A model generated the notes under the pieces. The model had not been told where the DNA came from and ran no database searches. It saw nothing but the letters and a program-made list of their open reading frames with translations. Source: Clostridia bacterium (GTDB lineage Bacteria > Bacillota > Clostridia > TANB77 > UBA1234). From it: 64,000 nt of DNA. How positions within the stretch are numbered: position 1 is the stretch's first letter; the number at the start of each line of letters is the position of its first letter. The DNA is taken from assembly GCA_017522765.1 (NCBI GenBank), contig JAFWYG010000005.1, positions 449,270 through 513,269 of the forward strand. Reading direction: 5' to 3'. The position numbers and the translations under genes are program-made. Positions 57,389 through 64,000 of this stretch are shown here, one piece after another.

Positions 57389-58180
57389 ATGTTTTCGTCA
57401 ATCCAAACGTATCTCAAAAGAAATAGCATGGAAAATTTGTTTAACTCCAAGTATTCTTTTGACCTATGGCTTAGAGCCTGTCACATCAACTTAATGACAC
57501 AAATCGCCATCCAAATGAGTAATGAAGATAATTCTATCAACAAGGATATCCTGTATGTCTGCTGCATGCATCATGATGATGGCCAAGCACTTCAGTATAA
57601 ACAGTTCGGAATTTTCAACAACTCTGTTTCTCACCACGCACTTGGTCTGGACATGTTGGACACATTCCTTACAACCTACAACGTCACTGTAACTCCAGAA
57701 ATCCAGATCCTACGGGCCTGTATTTACTACCATGGAAGAACACAGCTAGCTGGCGATTCCCTGGACGCACAGACATTAAAGTATGTGCAGCTCGTTTCTG
57801 CAGCTGATGAAATTGAAACTTGCTGCCTCGCACCCGTCGGCTATCTGCCCCGCCAAATCGCAAATGATACACTTTGCATTCGCACTGCCGCACTCATGCC
57901 TTCAAAGAAAATCCGTTCTGAAATCTGGGATGCCTTCAAAAAAGGTGATCTGCTCAGCACAGAAGATTCTGCTCATTCTTATGCAGAACATTTACTCTTC
58001 GAAGCAACTAAAGCAATTCAATGCATCAAGAAATATGGCGAACCTGCCAAATCTGCGATGAATATGAATTGCTATGCATATCCTTCGGCAGTTGCCGGTT
58101 TCACAAGTCTTTTCCATCAAAACATGACTTGTGAAGATGCCAAACACGCCACACAAATTTTGCTCGACGCATTAAAGTAA
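57389..58180 (+). CDS. HD-domain protein of unknown specificity
   Basis: The ATG at 57389 lies 7 nt after AGGAGG (the ORF track opens at 57353). The H...HHDD pattern (ACHINLM...CCMHHDDGQ) is present. GC is about 45%. The promoter is TTTACA-17-TGgTATACT. Confidence 0.5.
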   Translation: MFSSIQTYLKRNSMENLFNSKYSFDLWLRACHINLMTQIAIQMSNEDNSINKDILYVCCMHHDDGQALQYKQFGIFNNSVSHHALGLDMLDTFLTTYNVTVTPEIQILRACIYYHGRTQLAGDSLDAQTLKYVQLVSAADEIETCCLAPVGYLPRQIANDTLCIRTAALMPSKKIRSEIWDAFKKGDLLSTEDSAHSYAEHLLFEATKAIQCIKKYGEPAKSAMNMNCYAYPSAVAGFTSLFHQNMTCEDAKHATQILLDALK

Positions 58181-58194
58181 CCTCAAATAATAAA

Positions 58195-58219
58195 AGCGAA
58201 GGAGATTTTCTCCTTCGCT
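58195..58219. terminator. Bidirectional intrinsic terminator
   Basis: 11-bp perfect stem AGCGAAGGAGA/TCTCCTTCGCT with a 3-nt loop and A/T flanks. Confidence 0.75.
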
Positions 58220-58229
58220 TTTTTCTATC

Positions 58230-58760
58230 TTATTTTACCTTTTTAACTTTAATATTTGTCTTTTCTTCAATAAATTTTCTAAATTCATCAACAGTTCCAC
58301 CACTAAGCATATTCTTATCATATGCTTGCGCATGTATCTTATCTAATAAAAAAATAAAATAATTTTCTGTCTCTGCTATCTCTAATATACAATCATATTT
58401 AAACTCTGTTTTACCAATTTGTGCATCTGAGACATACACCTCTTCTTTAAAAGTGCATTTCGCTTTTTCACTACCTTTAATCATTTTCTTGCTTGCAACA
58501 TACGCATTAATTTTATCTTGAAAAAACCAAACTATAATAAGTACCACTACAACAATCCAATCGAAAACGAAAATAGGTTTTATTTCTTCTGGATTTTTTA
58601 TACTTGGTAATGTAATAAGAATTGTTAATATAATAATTATAAGCATCATAACATTAGAACGTTTTGTACTCTTCTTTCTAACAGTTTTCCTCATTGATTT
58701 TGCCATATCTTCTAAAGCTTTTTTATTATATGTAGTTTCAAAAACAAATTCCATATACAT
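58230..58760 (-). CDS. YcxB-like membrane protein
   Basis: 176 aa with two central TM segments and a C-terminal domain with ENYFIFLLDK, typical of the YcxB family. Confidence 0.5.
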   Translation of the reverse strand: MYMEFVFETTYNKKALEDMAKSMRKTVRKKSTKRSNVMMLIIIILTILITLPSIKNPEEIKPIFVFDWIVVVVLIIVWFFQDKINAYVASKKMIKGSEKAKCTFKEEVYVSDAQIGKTEFKYDCILEIAETENYFIFLLDKIHAQAYDKNMLSGGTVDEFRKFIEEKTNIKVKKVK

Positions 58761-58778
58761 CCCTCCATAAAATTTAAT

Positions 58779-59195
58779 TTATAAATACTTAACTAAGAAA
58801 TATTTTGTAAGTTTAGGATTATTTATATTTTCTCTAACATATTCTACTGCGTATCCACACTTTTTATAAAAATCTAAAGCTTGAAAACCATACGTAGTTA
58901 AATTGATATTTCCAAAACCTTTATCCTTAAAATGATCTTCTACTTTCTTTACAAGATTACTGCCAATATGATTTTTACGATATTCTTCTAACACTATCAA
59001 ATCACCTATATGTATTTCTTCATAATATGAATGACCAGTTATCATTCCTATAACTTTATCTCCATCTTTTGCTAAAAAATTAAAAGGCGCATAGTTACAA
59101 ATTACATCATGCTTTGCCGCATACTTATTAAATTCAGTATCAATCATAATATAATCTTGCTCTTCTAAATTTTCTTTAAATTCTATATTTATCAT
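58779..59195 (-). CDS. GNAT family N-acetyltransferase
   Basis: 138 aa with the acetyl-CoA motif LEEYRKNHIGSNLVKKV. Confidence 0.75.
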   Translation of the reverse strand: MINIEFKENLEEQDYIMIDTEFNKYAAKHDVICNYAPFNFLAKDGDKVIGMITGHSYYEEIHIGDLIVLEEYRKNHIGSNLVKKVEDHFKDKGFGNINLTTYGFQALDFYKKCGYAVEYVRENINNPKLTKYFLVKYL

Positions 59196-59204
59196 AATAT
59201 CACC

Positions 59205-59609
59205 TCATTGTTCCAATTTTCCATTCCAATCCATTATTCCACCAAATTCAACCAAATTTGTATAACCCAATTTTTCTAATTTTTTAGTTGCTTGTTTACT
59301 TCTATTTCCACTTCTACAATATATTAATATAAGTTTATTTTTGTCTGGAAGTTCTTCTTCAACATCTGGTCCAATCGTTTCATTTGGTATACAGATTGCA
59401 TTTGGTATGTGCCCCAAATTATATTCTTCAAAAGTTCTTACATCTAAAATTATATAATCTTCGTTCTGCTCCATAATTTCATGAATCTCATCCATCGAAA
59501 CATATCTAATATTAGACTCAGTTTCAGTATTTTCTTTATTTATATTAAACATAAATATCACTCCTATTATTATTATTATAAAAACAAATAGATATATTAA
59601 CTTTTTCAT
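59205..59609 (-). CDS. Membrane-anchored rhodanese-like sulfurtransferase domain protein
   Basis: 134 aa with an N-terminal TM and the active-site loop CRSGNRS. Confidence 0.8.
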   Translation of the reverse strand: MKKLIYLFVFIIIIIGVIFMFNINKENTETESNIRYVSMDEIHEIMEQNEDYIILDVRTFEEYNLGHIPNAICIPNETIGPDVEEELPDKNKLILIYCRSGNRSKQATKKLEKLGYTNLVEFGGIMDWNGKLEQ

Positions 59610-59622
59610 AATGTCACCTTTT

Positions 59623-60366
59623 TTATTTTAATAACTTTTCGAATGAATTTGCATTTAATATAGTATTAGAAATAAATTCTCCTTTATAAAAATTAGCCCA
59701 ATTATTGAATATACATGGAGCATTTTTTGCTTTCTTCAAAGTATCTATTTTTACAAAATTAATGTTTATATTTTTCTCGTTTGCATATTCCGATAACTCT
59801 TTCACTTCATATTCTACATAAGGACATTCTGGACTATAATAAATCGTAAATTCATCATTATCTATTTTCATACTTCTCGCATTTTCTCTAAATTTAGGAG
59901 TTTCATTTTTGTCAAATTGCAATGCAAGTAATTGATAATCTCCTATTTCATCTACAACTTTGAAACCATAGTGTTCAAAAAATTTCTTTTCTCCAAGAAA
60001 TGGTTTCTTCTTTCTAGAAGTTAATGTGCATACGCCACTCATTCTTTTTTCTTTAGCATCATTTATTGCATATTCTAATAGTTCTTCTCCAATTCCATTC
60101 CCTTTAAAACTTCCAGCAACCCACAAACAATAAATGTACTCATAATTCTTACCATCTATGGGCACCCATGCTGTTTCTATTGGTTCATATTCAATAAACA
60201 TTTTTCCTCTAGCATTTAATCTTCTAAAAACATGACCGTCTTTAATTTTCTTTTTCATCCATTCTTTTTTATTATCAACACCCAATTGATGTTTTGGATC
60301 TCCTATTGCACAACAAATATGTTCTTCATCAATATTTTCTAAAGTTATATTTATATATTCGTTCAT
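59623..60366 (-). CDS. GNAT acetyltransferase fused to a YoaP-like C-terminal domain
   Basis: 247 aa with GNAT motif GNGIGEELLEYAI, then ECPYVEY...CIFNNWANFYKGEF. Confidence 0.6.
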   Translation of the reverse strand: MNEYINITLENIDEEHICCAIGDPKHQLGVDNKKEWMKKKIKDGHVFRRLNARGKMFIEYEPIETAWVPIDGKNYEYIYCLWVAGSFKGNGIGEELLEYAINDAKEKRMSGVCTLTSRKKKPFLGEKKFFEHYGFKVVDEIGDYQLLALQFDKNETPKFRENARSMKIDNDEFTIYYSPECPYVEYEVKELSEYANEKNININFVKIDTLKKAKNAPCIFNNWANFYKGEFISNTILNANSFEKLLK

Positions 60367-60395
60367 TTATATCTCCTCCAATTAACAAAGTCACA

Positions 60396-61127
60396 TTACG
60401 CTTTGCACAATCCTGTTACTTCATCAATTTTTTCTTGAATCTTAGCTTTCACCATTTCTGCAATTTCTTTTGTATTCATATCTTTATATTCTTCAAACAA
60501 AATTGGTTTCAAGAAATGTACTTGTGTTTTTAGATTTCCCACATGCCATGTGTTATATGCTCTATACGAATCAATTAAAACAACTGGTACAATTGGTGTT
60601 TTAGACTTTAAAGATATTTTGAAACAACCCGATTTAAATTCATACAGATTATTTTTCTTTTCTTTATCAAACATTCCTTCTGGGAATAATACACATCTTC
60701 TACCAGCAGCAACTTCTTCTGCCACTTCATTTATAATAGTCATAGCTTGTCTATTATTTTCTTTATCCAAACGTTTTCCATGAAGTACATCAACTAATTG
60801 CTTAATAAAAACCGCATTAGATTTTTTTATATCCATAACAAATGTAAGTGGTTTTTTATGCCCCGATATAATGCTATATAAATCCCATTTTCCTTGATGA
60901 TTAGGATACATCATATATCCGCCCTCTTCAGGCAAGTTTTCTTTACCGAAAACTTCAACATCAATTTTTCCGCTATTTCTCATTACGTCTATAACATATC
61001 TTACATAGCCATAATTGTATTCTTCACAATTTTCTTCAGCCGGTTTTACCGCCATATCTCCCATTGTTTTTACACATTCCATAAGTCTAATAAGATTGCT
61101 AAGTATCGTATACCAATATCTAAACAT
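60396..61127 (-). CDS. 1-acyl-sn-glycerol-3-phosphate acyltransferase family (PlsC-like)
   Basis: 243 aa with the HX4D motif NHQGKWD and FPEG. Confidence 0.75.
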   Translation of the reverse strand: MFRYWYTILSNLIRLMECVKTMGDMAVKPAEENCEEYNYGYVRYVIDVMRNSGKIDVEVFGKENLPEEGGYMMYPNHQGKWDLYSIISGHKKPLTFVMDIKKSNAVFIKQLVDVLHGKRLDKENNRQAMTIINEVAEEVAAGRRCVLFPEGMFDKEKKNNLYEFKSGCFKISLKSKTPIVPVVLIDSYRAYNTWHVGNLKTQVHFLKPILFEEYKDMNTKEIAEMVKAKIQEKIDEVTGLCKA

Positions 61128-61152
61128 ATTTTTCCCTTCTATCTACATCTTT

Positions 61153-61641
61153 CTAAAATTCTGTAACTTCTACTGCATTACCATGTTCTTTTATAATATC
61201 AATTAAGTCTTCCACTTTTAACCACACAGTTGCTGTATTGTCATTTGGATGAATTCCAATTAAATGAGAATCTTTCATAAAATCTTTATCAATATAAAAA
61301 TGTACTTTTAATTCTGAATCATTTAAGATTCCTAGTGGCGACACCGCTCCAGGAATCAGTCCCATAATGTTCATCAAATCATCTGCTGATGCAAAACTTA
61401 AATTTCTCGTTTCGTGGTTTCTTCTAAATTCTTTTAAATCTACTCTCTTATCTCCTTTTACAGTTATAAGATAATAGTTTGTTTTCTTGTCATCTCTTAC
61501 AAAAAGATTTTTTCCATCTGCTTCTGGATATGGCAACTCAACACTTTCTAATTCTTGCATATTGTATACAGCTTCATGTTCTGTAATCTCATGCCATATA
61601 TTTTCACTTTTTAAATAGTCATATATTTCTTGTTTATTCAT
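61153..61641 (-). CDS. YbaK/ProX-like aminoacyl-tRNA editing domain protein
   Basis: 162 aa with KNLFVRDDKK ... GAVSPLG, typical of prolyl-tRNA synthetase-associated editing domains. Confidence 0.7.
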   Translation of the reverse strand: MNKQEIYDYLKSENIWHEITEHEAVYNMQELESVELPYPEADGKNLFVRDDKKTNYYLITVKGDKRVDLKEFRRNHETRNLSFASADDLMNIMGLIPGAVSPLGILNDSELKVHFYIDKDFMKDSHLIGIHPNDNTATVWLKVEDLIDIIKEHGNAVEVTEF

Positions 61642-61657
61642 TTATATCATTCCTTTT

Positions 61658-61960
61658 CTATGTCAAATCCGTGTAGTATAAAATTTCTTTATTCAATGAT
61701 CTTGCATATTCAATTTCTTTTGAAGTACTTTCTCCAATGTAATTATCTACATTTACAACTAGTATTGCGTCTGAATTTTTGATTTTTTCATAATGCACTT
61801 TTGCAAGTGTAGCAAAATTTTCAGTTGTATAATCTTCTTTACTTGGTCTTGTTAGATAGATTGGAGTTATCACGCAATTTCCTTCAAGAGCCATTTTTTC
61901 TGTAATCTCCATCATCTCTTTTTTATATTTCATACTTCCACATACCGTTATAACTTTCAT
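61658..61960 (-). CDS. Small nucleoside 2-deoxyribosyltransferase-like (Rossmann-like) protein
   Basis: 100 aa from the ATG at 61960, 6 nt after AAGGAG. MKVITVCGSMKY ... ILVVNVDNYIGESTSKEIEYA is the pattern of NDT-like small proteins. Confidence 0.35.
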   Translation of the reverse strand: MKVITVCGSMKYKKEMMEITEKMALEGNCVITPIYLTRPSKEDYTTENFATLAKVHYEKIKNSDAILVVNVDNYIGESTSKEIEYARSLNKEILYYTDLT

Positions 61961-61971
61961 TTGTTTCTCCT

Positions 61972-62568
61972 TTACCAATAAATAGACTCCTCTATTCCCG
62001 GCAACAATTTATAAATTGGTTGACCTATCTTTTCTTCAAAATATTCTTTGTATTCTATAGTTTTTTCCCAACGTTCTAATGTAAATGGAAATACGCCATA
62101 TCTTCTTGTTGTATCTACAAATCTCAAATTTAATGTACAAAATCCATTTGCAACAGCTAAAGAATCACAAAGAATAATTAATTTATCATAGTCATCATAT
62201 TCTGTTTCTTGCAAATATTTATCTACAAAATTATATTGTTCCTCAGTAATATCAACTGGAGCAATATCTTTTCTAATATCTTTAATTGGATAAGAATGCG
62301 TCAAACAAATTCTTGCAATTTCATCCCAGCCTTTTGACATACAAAAGTTATATCCTTCTATAATGTGTCTCATTTTCATGACACCTTCTCTTCTTCCGAT
62401 ATCATGTAATAAGCCACAAACAAAAGCTTTCTCTGCATCCAAACCAGCATGCCTTGCAATAATTTTTGCCGCTTCTCCCACATGAAAACAATGCTCGGCC
62501 CACCCACCGGGGTTCATCTCATTTGCTATATTCAATTCTTTTAATGCTGTGTCTCTGTCTGGATACAT
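61972..62568 (-). CDS. HD-domain phosphohydrolase
   Basis: I chose the ATG at 62568 (MYPDRD...), 7 nt after AGGAGG. The H...HD pattern is HCFHVGEAA ... LLHDIGR. Confidence 0.7.
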   Translation of the reverse strand: MYPDRDTALKELNIANEMNPGGWAEHCFHVGEAAKIIARHAGLDAEKAFVCGLLHDIGRREGVMKMRHIIEGYNFCMSKGWDEIARICLTHSYPIKDIRKDIAPVDITEEQYNFVDKYLQETEYDDYDKLIILCDSLAVANGFCTLNLRFVDTTRRYGVFPFTLERWEKTIEYKEYFEEKIGQPIYKLLPGIEESIYW

Positions 62569-62596
62569 ACTAATTCCTCCTTGCAAATTCAAATTT

Positions 62597-62851
62597 CTAA
62601 TCTGTAATTTCCTCAAATCTATATTTTTGAGTTACATCAGGATATTTTTCATGATCTACTTCTGATAAAAACATATCTAGAGGTCTAGCATAAATCCCAT
62701 CTTTATGATTTGATTTACCAGCGTTATCCATGCAATTATATACAACTAATCTTTCTCCTGTTTCACTATGAGTAGCCACAGTTATAACAAAAGCTCTCAT
62801 TCCTTTAAAATGTCTCCACGTAGTAAATGGTCTAACAACTCTTTCTTCCAT
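62597..62851 (-). CDS. DUF1653 family protein
   Basis: 84 aa with WRHFKG..., HSETGERLVVY and ARPLDMF, matching the DUF1653 pattern. Confidence 0.6.
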   Translation of the reverse strand: MEERVVRPFTTWRHFKGMRAFVITVATHSETGERLVVYNCMDNAGKSNHKDGIYARPLDMFLSEVDHEKYPDVTQKYRFEEITD

Positions 62852-62884
62852 AACCTTTAACTCCTTTTCACTTTAGTATATTTT

Positions 62885-63502
62885 CTATCCATCAATTCCA
62901 TTTTCAATTCTAATTCTTGTGATAACATTATCTTTCAAAAAGAAAAATATTCTATTAAATCCATATTTTTCTGGTAAATAATACACATATTCTGTTTCTT
63001 CCGTATTCCATTCATTTTGATTTAAATCTTCCGGATATGCAGCTTTCAAAGTTTCTAACGTATCTCCAACTTTGATTTTTCTTGTTGTCTCATAATCAGA
63101 TGACTTTGTTTCCATAGCATGAATATATTGTTTAATATCTTCACCATCAAACATAGCTGTAATTTCTATATCATCGTAAGTGTAATCTATCCAATGAAAC
63201 CCATCACTTCTATCTTCTTTTTGAGAAATTGGCTCTTTCTTAAAAGTGGTAAGTTCTGCACCAATTGTAGCTTTGTTCTCACTTGAAATTAACGTAAATT
63301 CTTTCATAAAGTCTTCATCATGAAGCCAATTATCTATAAATTCGCCACTTGGTTCATTGATTATCTCTCCACTTATATCTCCGCTTAAATCACCACTAAA
63401 ATCTATACCATTATTTGTATTTATATTTCTAAAAGCAAACATTCCTAAACCGAATATAACAATTGTAACAACAATTAAAATAAATACTCTTACTTTGCTC
63501 AT
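62885..63502 (-). CDS. Membrane-anchored exported protein with an SG[DE] linker
   Basis: 205 aa with an N-terminal TM, GIDFSGDLSGDISGEIINEPSGEF, and then a domain of about 140 aa. Confidence 0.55.
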   Translation of the reverse strand: MSKVRVFILIVVTIVIFGLGMFAFRNINTNNGIDFSGDLSGDISGEIINEPSGEFIDNWLHDEDFMKEFTLISSENKATIGAELTTFKKEPISQKEDRSDGFHWIDYTYDDIEITAMFDGEDIKQYIHAMETKSSDYETTRKIKVGDTLETLKAAYPEDLNQNEWNTEETEYVYYLPEKYGFNRIFFFLKDNVITRIRIENGIDG

Positions 63503-63598
63503 ATTTATTCCTCCATTCCTAAATTTTCACACAAATTATATCATAAAACATATCATATAAATAGAAAAAGACATCAATATTGATGTCTTTTTTATACT

Positions 63599-64000
63599 TT
63601 ATATTAAATAATCTAAGTAAATTGCTGTTAAATCGTCACATTTTTTGAAACGTGGAAATTTATTACAGTAAGAATCCTCTTCTTGTTTTTCTCTAATTAC
63701 ATTTCTTACCTGTTCTACACCTTTTTCTAATATAATTTTATGTGCCTCGTTTAAATCAACTTCCAACGTTGATAAATCAAAACCATCCGATGCTAACAGA
63801 ATGCCTGCAATATCATCATTAAGTAATTCTATGTATGCTCCATGTTTTGCCGTGCCTTCTGTTGTTCCGCAAACCCAGTATCCATCATCACACCCAGAAT
63901 TTTTCTTTGAGCGATTTATTCTTAGCATTTCTTGAATTTCATCTTCATTTCTTGCATCAAGTACGTTGTAGCCTTTTTCTTTTGCTAACTCAACCATTCT
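63599..64000 (-). CDS. C-terminal part of a PP2C-like protein phosphatase family protein (5' end outside the window)
   Basis: The frame is open to the window edge. LLASDGF and the C-terminal CDDLTAIYLDY resemble PP2C motifs. Confidence 0.4.
   Translation of the reverse strand, partial: RMVELAKEKGYNVLDARNEDEIQEMLRINRSKKNSGCDDGYWVCGTTEGTAKHGAYIELLNDDIAGILLASDGFDLSTLEVDLNEAHKIILEKGVEQVRNVIREKQEEDSYCNKFPRFKKCDDLTAIYLDYLI

Noticed and set aside
1-64000. Prophage, ICE, toxin-antitoxin pairs, restriction-modification or known defence systems
   Set aside because: I recognised no integrase, terminase, capsid, relaxase, methyltransferase, Cas, or obvious small overlapping TA gene pair in any frame. 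The accessory signal here is compositional (single-gene cassettes) rather than a classical island.

Overview
64 kb of AT-rich chromosome. Hand GC counts on ordinary 60-nt lines give about 25-33%. It looks like a spore-forming Firmicute of clostridial type, because sigH, pro-sigK and spoIIID are all present. About 65 of the roughly 72 genes are on the minus strand. Most of the content is housekeeping: feoAB, an acyl-CoA ligase operon, a MacB-type ABC operon, nrdD-nrdG, sufC/sufBD, rqcH, pyrG, engB, tex, dtd, yebC, polA, queH, ruvB, rubrerythrin and gatD/murT. There are three tRNAs (Thr-GGU, Tyr-GUA and a CAU tRNA). I saw no rRNA, CRISPR array, cas gene, integrase, transposase, phage structural gene or recognisable restriction or defence hallmark. 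Things that do not fit the ordinary picture: (1) nine ORFs of about 40-50% GC sit in the AT-rich backbone as self-contained promoter-gene-terminator cassettes, including a contiguous 3.5 kb block at 50.8-54.3 kb (metallophosphoesterase, tandem-duplicated unknown protein, LURP-one-like protein, His-tailed CDF transporter) and a TM-less FtsH-like protein whose Walker B DE is replaced by QN; (2) two orphan structured RNA loci have their own promoter and terminator, one about 315 nt and unassigned upstream of sigH, the other about 200 nt, rod-like and 6S-like; (3) a 19-nt duplication of the tRNA-Tyr 3' end is attached to a 131-nt hairpin-closed element; (4) the class III RNR cluster carries an NrdH-like redoxin and a ferredoxin:thioredoxin-reductase-like mini-protein; (5) murT has a +1 frameshift near its 5' end; (6) there are three 33-bp tandem repeats and several perfect palindromic candidate operators. 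I found no single multi-gene system that I can call novel with confidence. The best candidates are ranked in the findings. All functional calls rest on motif recognition by eye, and no database search was possible.
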